A stretch of DNA of 32,000 bases from Desulfocapsa sulfexigens DSM 10523 (GCF_000341395.1 NC_020304.1:3240001-3272000), one strand, 5' to 3'; shown: positions 1 through 10,080, counted from the stretch's first letter. Notes: generated by a model from the sequence alone, not told the origin. Made by a program: numbers and translations.

Positions 1-1
1 A

Positions 2-145
2 GCAATTGCAGTAGCGCTTATCTGTATATTTCTCCTTGGAGTCTATTTAGGGAAAATAAGCAGGCAATTCTGGTTGTGGGCAGGACTGCGCACTGTATTT
101 ATAGCGTTGATTCTGGTGGCAACTATCCTCATGTTTGATATCTGA
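2..145 (+). CDS. C-terminal fragment of a membrane protein (gene starts outside the window)
   Basis: Open frame from base 2 to TGA at 143-145 gives AIAVALICIFLLGVYLGKIRQFWLWAGLRTVFIALILVATILMFDI*, two hydrophobic segments. Weakly reminiscent of VIT1/CCC1-family C-termini, but the family cannot be assigned. Confidence 0.55.
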   Translation, partial: AIAVALICIFLLGVYLGKISRQFWLWAGLRTVFIALILVATILMFDI

Positions 146-360
146 AAATAAATCCAAAAATTTTCAGGTGATGTTCATCAGACATGAGAACAGAACAGTA
201 ATTGATCAACACTATGATAAATATCATCCAGAGTTATGTTCTCCATTTTGAATCCATGGCAAAAACAACACTGATATGGTAAGAGGTGTCAGGTTGCGGT
301 TTTGGCTGAACCCTGACAAGGAGATTTCAGACTCTGAACTCTAATGAGTTGTTAGATTAA

Positions 361-437
361 TGGAGCCGACAAGCGGGATCGAACCGCTGGCCTACGCTTT
401 ACGAGAGCGTCGCTCTACCAACTGAGCTATGTCGGCT
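361..437 (-). tRNA. tRNA-Thr (anticodon CGU), CCA encoded
   Basis: Reverse complement AGCCGACATAGCTCAGTTGGTAGAGCGACGCTCTCGTAAAGCGTAGGCCAGCGGTTCGATCCCGCTTGTCGGCTCCA folds as a cloverleaf: acceptor AGCCGAC/GTCGGCT, anticodon stem ACGCT/AGCGT with loop CTCGTAA, T-loop GTTCGATCC, terminal CCA. Confidence 0.97.
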
Positions 438-559
438 ATCAGGAAAAATGATGATCTTTTTGACAAAAATAATGTTCTAATTTCATGGCTTGTATAGCAA
501 GGTCACCTATCAATGTCAAATATATTCCATTACCTTTAGTTGCAGGTAACCGTATCTCT

Positions 560-2047
560 ATGCAGCGTATCTTTTTTTCACTCCTGTTGTTATTGCTTTT
601 AAATGCCTGTTCAGAAGACCAGAAGCAGGAGGAAGGCAACGAAACATCTCCAGCCTCCAACTCTATTTCCACACCCCCCAAAGGATGCAAGGCCTGCCAC
701 AGCATGGTGCTCGATGTTGCTCACGATATGGATTGTACCGTCTGTCATGGTGGTTCAAACGACACTTCTTCCAAGGAACTGGCACACGAGAATCTGATAC
801 TGCGCCCAGCCCATCCTGATAATATGGTTAAGGTCTGCGGCAAATGTCACCAGGATCAGGTTGCGAGCACTGCCCATTCCCTTCACTTTACCTTGAAAAC
901 AGAAGTAAATCGTGTCCGCATCGCCTTTGGAGCTAAAGAAGAGCTTACCAGCCTTGTTGATGTTCCAGTCACCGATTCTCCCCAGACAATAGTCGAGCTC
1001 GCCGACGACCTGCTGAGGCGCCGTTGTCTGCGTTGTCATCCATATTTTTCAGGAGATCGCTACCCGGCCGTCGTGCGGGGAACGGGATGTGCCAGTTGTC
1101 ATCTCCAGTTTTATAAGGGAAAACTTGTTTCTCATTCCTTCCTCAAAACGCCCGGAGATGATCAATGTTTGCAATGCCACTATGGCAACTGGGTTGGATA
1201 TGACTATTATGGACGCTATGAACATGACATGAATGATGAATACCGGACTCCATACACAACTCGCCATGATTATTTTCGTCCATTTGGAGTCGAATTCCAC
1301 CAACTATCTCCAGATATTCACCAGAAAAAAGGCTTAGTCTGCGTTGATTGTCATGGTGGGCGAGAGCTCATGGCCCAGGGTGATACAAAAACACGTTGTG
1401 CGGATTGTCACGATAGGTCGAGAATTGAAAATCAATTATCATACTTTAATATCAACCGGAAAAATAATAAGGAGGATGAATTTACCCTTGTTTCAACTGG
1501 TGATGGCAAGGAACATACCATCCCCTTCATGAAACATGCCGCCCATCAGGAATACGCTGAAGTTGCTGGATGCCAGGTATGTCATGCTCAATGGTCATTT
1601 AATGACCTGGGAACCCACCTTTTAAGAAGTGATCTAAGTGAATATGACGCTTTTTCAAGAGTGTCTGTCCAGGGAAGCTTTGAAGTCGAACAGATTTTGA
1701 AAAATAACCTGAATTTCGACAATGAAGAAATGGCTCATTCAATGACAGATAAATTGAGTGGTGAAGCTAAGGATGGACTCTGGTACAAAGGTTACGAAAC
1801 CAGACGCTGGGAAAATATTATCATTGGCCGCGACAGTTCCGGACGACTCCAGGTAATGCGCCCCATACTTGATATCTATCTTTCCTGGATAGACGAAGAT
1901 GAGGATGTTCTTTTTGATTCAGTGCGCAGTAACGCTCAAAACAATGGATTACTCCCGTATGTCCCGCACACCACCGGGAAAGCAGGCATGTTCTACAGGG
2001 ATAGGATAAAGAATTTCCTGCAATCTGAAGAGGGAGCTGTGAAATAA
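560..2047 (+). CDS. Multiheme cytochrome c family lipoprotein (nine CxxCH motifs)
   Basis: Motifs CKACH, CTVCH, CGKCH, CLRCH, CASCH, CLQCH, CVDCH, CADCH, CQVCH. The likely start is internal to the ORF track entry: MQRIFFSLLLLLLLNACSED is a lipoprotein signal peptide with lipobox LNAC. Confidence 0.9.
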   Translation: MQRIFFSLLLLLLLNACSEDQKQEEGNETSPASNSISTPPKGCKACHSMVLDVAHDMDCTVCHGGSNDTSSKELAHENLILRPAHPDNMVKVCGKCHQDQVASTAHSLHFTLKTEVNRVRIAFGAKEELTSLVDVPVTDSPQTIVELADDLLRRRCLRCHPYFSGDRYPAVVRGTGCASCHLQFYKGKLVSHSFLKTPGDDQCLQCHYGNWVGYDYYGRYEHDMNDEYRTPYTTRHDYFRPFGVEFHQLSPDIHQKKGLVCVDCHGGRELMAQGDTKTRCADCHDRSRIENQLSYFNINRKNNKEDEFTLVSTGDGKEHTIPFMKHAAHQEYAEVAGCQVCHAQWSFNDLGTHLLRSDLSEYDAFSRVSVQGSFEVEQILKNNLNFDNEEMAHSMTDKLSGEAKDGLWYKGYETRRWENIIIGRDSSGRLQVMRPILDIYLSWIDEDEDVLFDSVRSNAQNNGLLPYVPHTTGKAGMFYRDRIKNFLQSEEGAVK

Positions 2048-2048
2048 T

Positions 2049-2828
2049 ATGCTTTCAAAGTCTTTTCCGATAAGGGGGAGTCTCTCCATCTTTACTCCTC
2101 TGCGAATGTTCCTGTTCTTTACGCTTCTCACCTTCTGTTTAACAACGGGCAGTAGTTCCGCTTCGCGACAAACTAGAAAACCCGCAACCCAGAAACCATA
2201 CGTCATTAATGATCGCCTGTACTCTCCTCTCCCCTCGGCTGATGGATATGAAGAGATTGGTATAGCCTCGTGGTATGGTCGTGACTTTCATGGCCGGCCC
2301 ACCTCAAATGGCGAAACCTATAACATGCACGATATCTCCGCAGCCCATAAACTGCTCCCCATGCATACAATGCTTCTTGTGAAAAATCTGAATAATGGCA
2401 AGGAGGTCGTTGTTCGAGTTAATGATCGAGGTCCATTTGTCCAGGGGAGGATAATTGATCTGAGTTATGGGGCTGCAAAGCAAATTGCTCTGGTTCATTC
2501 GGGGACGGCACGGGTGAAAGTCACTGCACTAGGTGAGTTACAGACAGACATTGAAACCGGGCAAAGATTTTTTAAGTCACATGCGGACCTACGCTCAGGG
2601 GAGTATTTTGTTCAGATTGGAGCATTTACTAAGAAGTACAATGGCCTGAAACTTCAGGAAAAATTTCTTGACGCAGGGCATCATGTAGTAATGACAAAAG
2701 CGGAAGTTAATGGACAGCTCTTTTATCGGGTACAGGTCTTTGTTGGCAGGACTTTAAACAGTGCCAGGAAAAGTGAGCAGGCATTGATTAAAAAGGGATA
2801 TAAGGGAGCTTTTATTCTGGCCAGATAA
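2049..2828 (+). CDS. rlpA: Septal ring lytic transglycosylase RlpA family protein with C-terminal SPOR-like domain
   Basis: EIGIASWYGRDFHGRPTSNGETYNMHDISAAHKLLPMHTMLLVKNLNNGKEVVVRVNDRGPF is the RlpA double-psi barrel signature; C-terminal YFVQIGAFTKKYNGLKLQEKF...FYRVQVFVGRT is SPOR-like. The actual start may be M20. Confidence 0.9.
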   Translation: MLSKSFPIRGSLSIFTPLRMFLFFTLLTFCLTTGSSSASRQTRKPATQKPYVINDRLYSPLPSADGYEEIGIASWYGRDFHGRPTSNGETYNMHDISAAHKLLPMHTMLLVKNLNNGKEVVVRVNDRGPFVQGRIIDLSYGAAKQIALVHSGTARVKVTALGELQTDIETGQRFFKSHADLRSGEYFVQIGAFTKKYNGLKLQEKFLDAGHHVVMTKAEVNGQLFYRVQVFVGRTLNSARKSEQALIKKGYKGAFILAR

Positions 2829-2872
2829 TTTTATAACTCTGTGCCGAGAATATATCTTCCCCAAACAGCACT

Positions 2873-3523
2873 CTATCTGGCGTCCGCCTGTCGTACGATT
2901 CGTACGAATTCCTTGAGCAGCTCATGATCTTTAATGCCCGGCTCCACCTCAACTCCTGAATTAACATCAACTCCAAATGGAGAAACGTTACGGATAGCAT
3001 TCTCGACATTATTAGGCGAAAGGCCTCCGGCAAGGATCATTGGTCGTTGTAACTCAAGAGCTTCGATAATACTCCAGTCAAAACTGGTACCCGTTCCACC
3101 AACACTACCCTTTTCGTAAGTGTCAAGGAGATAGCCGTGTACCAGATCATCATAGGGGGAAAAATCTTCTTTTTTACTGTTAGTACCTACCCTGAAAGCC
3201 TTTATTACATGGCAGGGTGATGTGAATCGTTCTACACGTTCACAATACTTGGGGCTTTCTTTACCATGAAGTTGAGCATGAGATAGACCACAGTACTCTA
3301 TTATCTCTTGGACCTCCTCCCTGTCACGGTCAACAAAGACCCCAACACAGTCTACAAATGGCGGTACCTTGGAGATAACTGCCCGTACAAAATCAGGGTA
3401 AACATTTCGCGGGCTCTTTTCGTAGAAAATAAAACCTAGGGCGTCAAGGCCTGCATTGACACCGGCCTCGACGTCCTTCTCGCGTGTCATGCCACACATC
3501 TTAATACGTGTTCGGGAGTGCAT
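2873..3523 (-). CDS. trpF: Phosphoribosylanthranilate isomerase
   Basis: RTRIKMCGMTREKDVEAGVNAGLDALGFIFYEKSPR..., VKAFRV, LAGGLSPNNVENAI, GVDVNSGVE motifs; adjacent to trpC. Confidence 0.95.
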   Translation of the reverse strand: MHSRTRIKMCGMTREKDVEAGVNAGLDALGFIFYEKSPRNVYPDFVRAVISKVPPFVDCVGVFVDRDREEVQEIIEYCGLSHAQLHGKESPKYCERVERFTSPCHVIKAFRVGTNSKKEDFSPYDDLVHGYLLDTYEKGSVGGTGTSFDWSIIEALELQRPMILAGGLSPNNVENAIRNVSPFGVDVNSGVEVEPGIKDHELLKEFVRIVRQADAR

Positions 3524-3532
3524 TGTCTTTCC

Positions 3533-4315
3533 TTATTTCCCTCTCAGTCCCTGCAGACTATTTCCGCCATTTTTTCCACGCATCAATGACTCACCAATAA
3601 GGGCTGCACAGACGCCAGCCTGATCCAGACGATGAATGTCTTCGGCTGTTTTTAATCCAGACTCTCCAACCACTGCAATAGTATCCGGGATCATTTTTTT
3701 CAAGCGGAACGTGGTCTCGGTATCCATTGAGAAATCTTTAAGATTGCGATTATTGATACCAATAAGGTTGGCATCAGTCATGAGAACTGTTTCAAGCTCA
3801 GCCTCATCATGAACTTCCACAAGACAATCAATTGCGTATTCTTCAGCTTGAGCAAGAAAATCGTTCAATTGATGAATGTCAAGAATTGAGGCCATCAAAA
3901 GAATGGCATCAGCTCCGCAGATATGAGCTTCCTCTATCTGCAGAGGATCAATAATAAACTCTTTACGAAGAATGGGAAGATCCACACATTCTCTTACCTG
4001 GAGCAGGTACAGAAGCGATCCTTGAAAAAAACCCCTGTCGGTGAGTACCGAAATGGCCTGCGCTCCATTTTTCTGATAGTTCGTGGCAATGGCAACAGGA
4101 TCAAAATTGGGACAGATGACGCCCTTTGAGGGGGAAGCCTTTTTGACCTCAGCTATAATTGCAACGCCCTGATAATCTACCAGGGCCTGTCTGAATCCAC
4201 GGGGTGACTGAATTTCCTTTTCAGCAAATGCTTCAGGAATATGCACACCATGGTTTCGTAGCAATGCAACTTCTTCTTTCTTTTTCGCGACTATTACGTC
4301 TAAAATATGGGCCAT
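3533..4315 (-). CDS. trpC: Indole-3-glycerol phosphate synthase
   Basis: VAIIAEVKKASPSKGVI, LTDRGFFQGSLLYL, LRKEFIIDPLQIEEAHICGADAILLM, LIGINNRNLKDF, VGESGLKT motifs. Confidence 0.96.
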   Translation of the reverse strand: MAHILDVIVAKKKEEVALLRNHGVHIPEAFAEKEIQSPRGFRQALVDYQGVAIIAEVKKASPSKGVICPNFDPVAIATNYQKNGAQAISVLTDRGFFQGSLLYLLQVRECVDLPILRKEFIIDPLQIEEAHICGADAILLMASILDIHQLNDFLAQAEEYAIDCLVEVHDEAELETVLMTDANLIGINNRNLKDFSMDTETTFRLKKMIPDTIAVVGESGLKTAEDIHRLDQAGVCAALIGESLMRGKNGGNSLQGLRGK

Positions 4316-4356
4316 AACTCAATAGTTAGCTGGTAAATGTAATGTATTGGTTGAAG

Positions 4357-5391
4357 TTAATTGCTATTGCTGTATTCGATTAATTGATCGAGTTTAGAAG
4401 CTGCTCTGCCGGAATCAATTACTTCTGCGGCGGCAAGAATTCCGGATTGCAAATCTTCGCACAGACCAGCAGCCATAAGTGCAGCACCACTATTTAAAAG
4501 AACCATATCCCGTTTAGGACCTTTTTCACCAGTTAACACAGCCCGCATCTGCTGAGCTGATTCTTCAGCATCTGCACCACCCTGCAGATCCTCAATGGTA
4601 GCATCTGCAAAACCAAAGTCAGCAGGATCGACAGAATAGGTCGTCACCTCTCCATTACGAAGTTCAGATACCCGGGTGGTTCCAGTAACTGTCAATTCAT
4701 CAAGGTTTCCCTCACCGTGTACCACCAGTGCCCTCTTAGATCCCAATTTGGCAAGAACTCTGGCCAGCGGTTCTGTCAGGTCACCACTAAAGACACCAAG
4801 CACCTGGACATTGGCACCTGCAGGATTGGTTAAAGGGCCGAGAATATTAAAGATGGTGCGAATGCCCATTTCCCTACGTGGCCCTATAGCATATTTCATA
4901 GCTCCATGAAGTGCAGGAGCAAAGAGAAATCCAATCCCAACTTTTTGAATACACTCTCCAATTTTTTCAGAACTGATATCCAGTGCAACACCAGCCGCTT
5001 CAAGCACATCAGCGCTACCGCAGTTACTGGATATGGAACGATTACCATGTTTCGCAACTGGAACCCCGGCTCCTGCAACGACAAAGGCACTGGTTGTGGA
5101 AACATTAAAAGTCCCAGAACCGTCACCACCTGTTCCGCACGTATCAACCAGTATATCACCAGAGGCCACATCAACTCCAGAAACAATAGCTGTTGCTTTG
5201 TCACGCATAACCCTCACTGCCCCAGTGATCTCCTCAACGGTTTCTCCCTTCATGCGGAGTGCGGTGATAAACGATCCAATCTGAGCATCTGTTGCGCTTC
5301 CACCCATGATTTCGTTCATCACGGCAACCATCTCTTTTTCGTTGAGATCCACTTTCAGGACAACTTTGGCAATTGCTTCTTTGATATTCAT
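4357..5391 (-). CDS. trpD: Anthranilate phosphoribosyltransferase
   Basis: [62 protein letters not shown] motifs. Confidence 0.96.
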   Translation of the reverse strand: MNIKEAIAKVVLKVDLNEKEMVAVMNEIMGGSATDAQIGSFITALRMKGETVEEITGAVRVMRDKATAIVSGVDVASGDILVDTCGTGGDGSGTFNVSTTSAFVVAGAGVPVAKHGNRSISSNCGSADVLEAAGVALDISSEKIGECIQKVGIGFLFAPALHGAMKYAIGPRREMGIRTIFNILGPLTNPAGANVQVLGVFSGDLTEPLARVLAKLGSKRALVVHGEGNLDELTVTGTTRVSELRNGEVTTYSVDPADFGFADATIEDLQGGADAEESAQQMRAVLTGEKGPKRDMVLLNSGAALMAAGLCEDLQSGILAAAEVIDSGRAASKLDQLIEYSNSN

Positions 5392-5981
5392 TTTTTATTT
5401 TTTTCCATCATAAAATTCTTAAGGAGTGTGACACCAGCTGGTGTCATAATGGATTCAGGGTGAAACTGAACACCCTCAAGATCCATTTCCCTGTGACGCA
5501 GTCCCATTATCTCTCCCTCCGCGGTCCATGCACTTATTTCAAAACATTCCGGAACTGTATGGTTGTCAACGAGAAGAGAATGATAGCGCATGCCGTCAAA
5601 AGGATTGGGAAGACCTGAGAAAACACCTTTATTGTCGTGATAAACGGGGGAAGTCTTGCCATGCATAATTCGTGAGGCACGAATAACTTTCCCTCCAAAG
5701 GCTTCCCCAATGGATTGATGACCAAGGCATACGCCGAGAAGTGGGATTTTGCCACCGAAATATCTGATAACATCGATGGAAACTCCAGCTTCAGATGGGG
5801 TGCAGGGGCCAGGTGAGACAAGAATGCGATCAGGCTTCATGGCAGCAATCTCTTCTACCCCTATTTTATCGTTACGGAATACCTTGATGTCAGTATTCTC
5901 TTGATTTTTGAGAGCATTTCCAGCAATGGTCTGGACAATATTATAGGTAAATGAATCGTAATTATCTATGATAACAAGCAT
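5388..5981 (-). CDS. trpG: Anthranilate synthase glutamine amidotransferase component
   Basis: [52 protein letters not shown]; 4-bp overlap with trpD. Confidence 0.96.
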   Translation of the reverse strand: MLVIIDNYDSFTYNIVQTIAGNALKNQENTDIKVFRNDKIGVEEIAAMKPDRILVSPGPCTPSEAGVSIDVIRYFGGKIPLLGVCLGHQSIGEAFGGKVIRASRIMHGKTSPVYHDNKGVFSGLPNPFDGMRYHSLLVDNHTVPECFEISAWTAEGEIMGLRHREMDLEGVQFHPESIMTPAGVTLLKNFMMEKNKK

Positions 5982-5984
5982 GGC

Positions 5985-7490
5985 CTAAAACCCCTTCTCT
6001 GCAAGTTCGACTGCCCGTCGCAAGCCCATTGATTTGTTGATAGTCTCTTCATATTCTTTTTCAGGATCAGAATCAAAAACAACACCGGCACCAGCCTGGA
6101 TCCAGAGGTTGTCGCCCTGCATAACAAATGTTCTGATGGTAATGCAGAAATCCATATTCCCGGAAAAGCCAAAATATCCTACGGCACCGGCGTAGGGACC
6201 ACGACGTTCAGGTTCCAGCTCATCTATAATTTCCATTGCTCTGATCTTGGGAGCACCGCTTACAGTGCCTGCGGGAAAACAGGCCTTAATGAGATCAAAC
6301 TGGTCCTTATCTTCTGCTATAAGCCCGGTAACTCCTGAAACGATATGCATAACATGGCTGTAGCGTTCAACCACCAGTAAATCGGTAACTTCTACGCTCC
6401 CGGCCTGTGAGACCCTACCCACATCGTTTCGTCCAAGATCTACAAGCATCAGATGCTCAGCACGTTCTTTAGGATCCGCAAGCAGCTCCTTTTCCAAAGC
6501 TTCATCTTCTTCTCTGGTCTGGCCGCGTTTTCGTGTTCCTGCTATGGGACGAAGCTCTATGGCTTCATCTTCTTTACGAACCAGAATTTCCGGAGACGAT
6601 CCTATCTGGATAAGATCCCCAAGTTTGAGAAAAAAGAGATAGGGACTTGGGTTGATATGGCGCAAAGCACGGTAGAGATCCAGTGCTTTTATATCTGTAG
6701 TAGTGTGAAAACGCTGGGAGACAACAACCTGTATGATATCTCCAGCTTTAATGTATTCCCGAGCCTTTTCCACCATGGAACAAAAGTCCTGCTTCTTCAT
6801 GTTAGAGCTAAAAACATGCTCAGTCTTGCTTCCTTCTGAGCTTGATTCATGGAAGGAAATCGGAACCGGGGCCCTCAGGAGATCCACTACGGAGTCAATC
6901 TTGGCAACAGCCTCATCGTATAACTGAGTACTTATGCTCTTTGCATCTTTAGCCACCCAGCAGACAACAGTAACAGTTTGCTTGAAGCTGTCATGAATCA
7001 AAACAATCCTGGGAACCATGAAAGAGGAATCAGGAAAATCAAGAGGAGCCTTATCGCAGGGGAGCTCTTCCATAAATCGAACCATATCATATCCTAGAAA
7101 CCCTACAGCTCCACCGCTAAAACGGGGCAGGTCTGGATTTTCTGCTGCCTTAAAACTTTCCAGTAAAGATTGGAGTGTTTCAAGTGGATTAGACTCTGGG
7201 GCTGTGTTTTGGTTTAACTCCCCACTAAATGAATTGATGTCTATCTTTGATCCATAGGACGAAAATGTGAGGATCGGGTCAAAACCGATAAATGAATATC
7301 GCCCCCATTTCTCGCCACCCTCCATACTTTCGAAAAGAAAAATATGATTTTCCTGACCGGCGATTTTAGCAAAAAGAGTAAGAGGGGTGTCAAGATCAGA
7401 AATTATTTTACGGTATACGGGAACGAGCCCTGCCGTTTCCATGGTAGAGGCAAAATCATCGTACTGTGGAAAATGGGTAGTTGTAGGCAT
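5985..7490 (-). CDS. trpE: Anthranilate synthase component I
   Basis: IAGTRKRGQTREEDEALEKELLADPKERAEHLMLVDLGRNDVGRV, AGTVSGAPKIRAMEIIDELEPERRGPYAGAVGYFGFSGNMD are chorismate-binding enzyme signatures; 3-bp gap to trpG. Confidence 0.96.
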   Translation of the reverse strand: MPTTTHFPQYDDFASTMETAGLVPVYRKIISDLDTPLTLFAKIAGQENHIFLFESMEGGEKWGRYSFIGFDPILTFSSYGSKIDINSFSGELNQNTAPESNPLETLQSLLESFKAAENPDLPRFSGGAVGFLGYDMVRFMEELPCDKAPLDFPDSSFMVPRIVLIHDSFKQTVTVVCWVAKDAKSISTQLYDEAVAKIDSVVDLLRAPVPISFHESSSEGSKTEHVFSSNMKKQDFCSMVEKAREYIKAGDIIQVVVSQRFHTTTDIKALDLYRALRHINPSPYLFFLKLGDLIQIGSSPEILVRKEDEAIELRPIAGTRKRGQTREEDEALEKELLADPKERAEHLMLVDLGRNDVGRVSQAGSVEVTDLLVVERYSHVMHIVSGVTGLIAEDKDQFDLIKACFPAGTVSGAPKIRAMEIIDELEPERRGPYAGAVGYFGFSGNMDFCITIRTFVMQGDNLWIQAGAGVVFDSDPEKEYEETINKSMGLRRAVELAEKGF

Positions 7491-7505
7491 GGAGTAGACT
7501 GAAAA

Positions 7506-7528
7506 GTTAATATTACTAGTATTTTAAC
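7506..7528 (-). promoter_or_regulatory. Imperfect palindrome upstream of trpE (candidate operator)
   Basis: GTTAATATTACTAGTATTTTAAC has inverted GTTAA halves with ACTAGT near the centre, about 16 bp upstream of the trpE start codon. AT-rich, so could be chance. Confidence 0.3.
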
Positions 7529-7567
7529 GTGTACAAATAAAAAAAATATGTAACATCATACCATAGT

Positions 7568-7605
7568 AAAAAAAAAAGGCCATAAAGTCTTATGACTTTA
7601 TGGCC
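7568..7605 (-). terminator. Rho-independent terminator of rpsT
   Basis: Perfect 12-bp stem GGCCATAAAGTC-TTAT-GACTTTATGGCC preceded on the + strand by a long A-run (a T-run after the hairpin on the minus strand). Confidence 0.88.
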
Positions 7606-7658
7606 CAGTAACTAACCGTGAAAAGTGACAGGAATCACGTATTTAGTGAAAAATACGA

Positions 7659-7931
7659 TCAGGCTACAACCTGCATCTTGTTAACACGTTTGGTTAAACG
7701 GGAAACCTTCCTGGAGGCATTCTTCTTGTGAATGGTTCCCTTGGAAGCAGTTTTTGCAATCACCGGAACTGCCTTCATGAGTAATTCTTGAGCAGTTTCC
7801 TGCGACCCTTCAACTATAGCAGCATCAACTGCTTTTATTGCATTTCTCATACGGGTTCTGTTTATACGATTTCGAATACGACGATCCTGTGATTGACGAT
7901 TACGTTTTTCAGCGGATTTATGATTTGCCAC
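7659..7931 (-). CDS. rpsT: 30S ribosomal protein S20
   Basis: VANHKSAEKRNRQSQDRRIRNRINRTRMRNAIKAVD... is typical S20. The start is a GTG at 7929-7931 preceded by AGGAGATATTT, so the ORF track start at 7955 is about 8 codons too long. Confidence 0.95.
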   Translation of the reverse strand: MANHKSAEKRNRQSQDRRIRNRINRTRMRNAIKAVDAAIVEGSQETAQELLMKAVPVIAKTASKGTIHKKNASRKVSRLTKRVNKMQVVA

Positions 7932-8204
7932 AAATATCTCCTGTAAGGGTATCAAATATATTGTTAACCGACTTAAGATGCCGGAAATTCTTTGTAAGTT
8001 TAATGTTACACTGTTAAAACTTGATAAAGAGCAGTATTTTTAATATGGTATCATCACAAAGTCAATAGAAAACACCTGCTGTTTTCGAAAATCTCTCAAA
8101 TGGAAATTTCTAATTGACTTGCCATGACTTCCCGAGATATCTTATATTTATAGATTGTTACTGTTTTGTATCTCTCATCTCGTATTTCTACCACTGGTTA
8201 TACT

Positions 8205-9305
8205 ATGGCCTTTCCAAAAGCAGTTTTTAAAGTTTCAGCAGTTAAAAACTGCCCTCTCTACTCTTTTGGAGATCTTTTCACCGTCGCAGGTATAACTATT
8301 TCAATGGTATCGAAAGAAGAAAACACCTTTGTTAACACAACTATAATTCATTCTCCGCTCAAGAAAGAAAAATGTAAGACCCTGAATGGTGACCTCACAA
8401 AGGTAATTATCCAGTACGAGCGTGCCGATAAAATTCCCGTTTGTATGATCAGTTGCAGCGGTTGCACCGGATCCATCCGCCTTGAATACACCAAAGATCT
8501 GGAACTCACGGCAAATGGTTCTGAAAAGGATTACACCAATGAGCTCGGATCTATGCTTCACCTACTCTCGGATTTTGCGTTCTTTAAAAACATAGATGAA
8601 GAGAATCTGGAAAAGGTGGTGAATTTTTTCCACCTGAACAAGCTCAAGAAAGACGATATTGTTATTCGAAAAGGTGATCCTGGTGGGAATTTTTATATCA
8701 TTATTACCGGATCTGTTAATGTGATTAATGATGTGGGAATGACTATCACCACACTTTCCAAGGGCGATGTCTTTGGTGAAATGAGCCTTATCTGTAATGA
8801 TTCCGTCGGTGCCACCATTCAGGTTCGCGAACCTTCTTCTATTCTCTATATCGATAGAAAGAATTTTCAGAAGATTCTTGAGCAATACCCCTCAATCCAA
8901 CTCTATTTCACACGCTTAATGGCCAAAAGGCTCACAAAATCAAACACTATTCGTACCGAGGATCTCTCTTCAGGAATGATAGGGAACCTTGCAGAGATTC
9001 CTGCAGAAGCGCTGTTTCAGACCCTGAACATGAACAACAAAACTGGAATACTCACCATAAGTGAACTCGTTAACGGCACTGCCAGGTTCTCCTTCAGGCA
9101 AGGTTCTCTCATCAAGGCGAAATATTACACCTACGAAGGAGAGGCTGCTTTTTACGAAATTTTAAAGGAGCAGGAAGGTCGTTTCCGCTTTACTCCAGGC
9201 ATACCTTCAGAAGATTTTGAAGTACCGGAAATCGGATATTTCATGAAGCTTCTTATGGAGGGTATGCGAAGACTTGATGAAGGCAGAAATATCAGGACAA
9301 ATTAA
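8205..9305 (+). CDS. Cyclic nucleotide-binding domain protein with C-terminal DUF4388 (PATAN-like) domain
   Basis: Central LNKLKKDDIVIRKGDPGGNFYIIITGSVNVIND...FGEMSLICNDSVGATIQVREPSSILYIDRKNF is a cNMP-binding fold; C-terminal MIGNLAEIPAEALFQTLNMNNKTGILTISELVNGTARFSFRQGSLIKAKYYTYEGEAAFYEIL matches DUF4388 style. Start taken at MAFPKAV. Confidence 0.82.
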   Translation: MAFPKAVFKVSAVKNCPLYSFGDLFTVAGITISMVSKEENTFVNTTIIHSPLKKEKCKTLNGDLTKVIIQYERADKIPVCMISCSGCTGSIRLEYTKDLELTANGSEKDYTNELGSMLHLLSDFAFFKNIDEENLEKVVNFFHLNKLKKDDIVIRKGDPGGNFYIIITGSVNVINDVGMTITTLSKGDVFGEMSLICNDSVGATIQVREPSSILYIDRKNFQKILEQYPSIQLYFTRLMAKRLTKSNTIRTEDLSSGMIGNLAEIPAEALFQTLNMNNKTGILTISELVNGTARFSFRQGSLIKAKYYTYEGEAAFYEILKEQEGRFRFTPGIPSEDFEVPEIGYFMKLLMEGMRRLDEGRNIRTN

Positions 9306-9530
9306 TGTGTTAGGGCCTGTTGAACAAATCCGTAATTTTCCCCTCTATTCAAAATGGCATAAGCTGATTGCCGATGTGGTATTCATCCACACACCTTAAA
9401 TTCTCAAACTGTTAGCGGCAGATTCTTTTGCTATCCTGAAGGAAAACTTCACAAACCCCACCTCCTTGCACGTTTCATGCTCAAGGAAAAATCAGCTGTT
9501 AATGGACAAATAAAGTGATTACGGAATGGT

Positions 9531-9713
9531 TCAAATAAATTCAGTACATTGCTTAAGCCTATTAACCCTGAACTGATCTTTCTTGAAAATCGAAAAACAT
9601 TTGCCGCATTGATAGTGCAGTGGTGCCTTTAAAATTTTTCTTTTAAAAAAATTTCTATGAATTCTTCGTATTTTGTAGCTACCGCAGGATGGGCAATAAT
9701 GTTTTGATAGCAT
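9531..9713 (-). CDS. Small zinc-ribbon-like hypothetical protein
   Basis: MLSKHYCPSCGSYKIRRIHRNFFKRKILKAPLHYQCGKCFSIFKKDQF..., paired CxxC motifs; AAGG about 8 nt upstream of the ATG. Confidence 0.45.
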   Translation of the reverse strand: MLSKHYCPSCGSYKIRRIHRNFFKRKILKAPLHYQCGKCFSIFKKDQFRVNRLKQCTEFI

Positions 9714-10080
9714 AAGTGAGCCTTGTAAGTAAATTCCGAAAATGACTTCCATGTTACGAAAAAAGCAAATTCAAGTACTCCTGATCGTATATATGGTAAA
9801 CTGATAACACCATCTTTGTAGTTTGTAAATACATTTATTAGTAAAGAAAACAAACATATGCGAACGATCACCAAACACAAGGCCAACTGTAGCATAATTA
9901 CACAAGTGTAATCAATACCCCTCTGCTTGAAGCAGGCTATATCCTTATAAGGTTTCGCTTGAAAACGGTTTCAATAATGAAACTGGGGGGCTGGAAGGAA
10001 GATCGTAGAATTGCTAAAAAAAGAAAGCGTGCCTGAACTGCTTCAAGGAAAAACAATCCAGGCATACCTTAAAAAAACAG

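Noticed and set aside
485-559. Longer start for the multiheme cytochrome at 485
   Set aside because: The 25 extra residues would bury a clear lipoprotein signal peptide (MQRIFFSLLLLLLLNAC) that fits a start at 560.
4906-5463. 185-aa + strand ORF
   Set aside because: Antisense to trpD; an artefact of codon composition.
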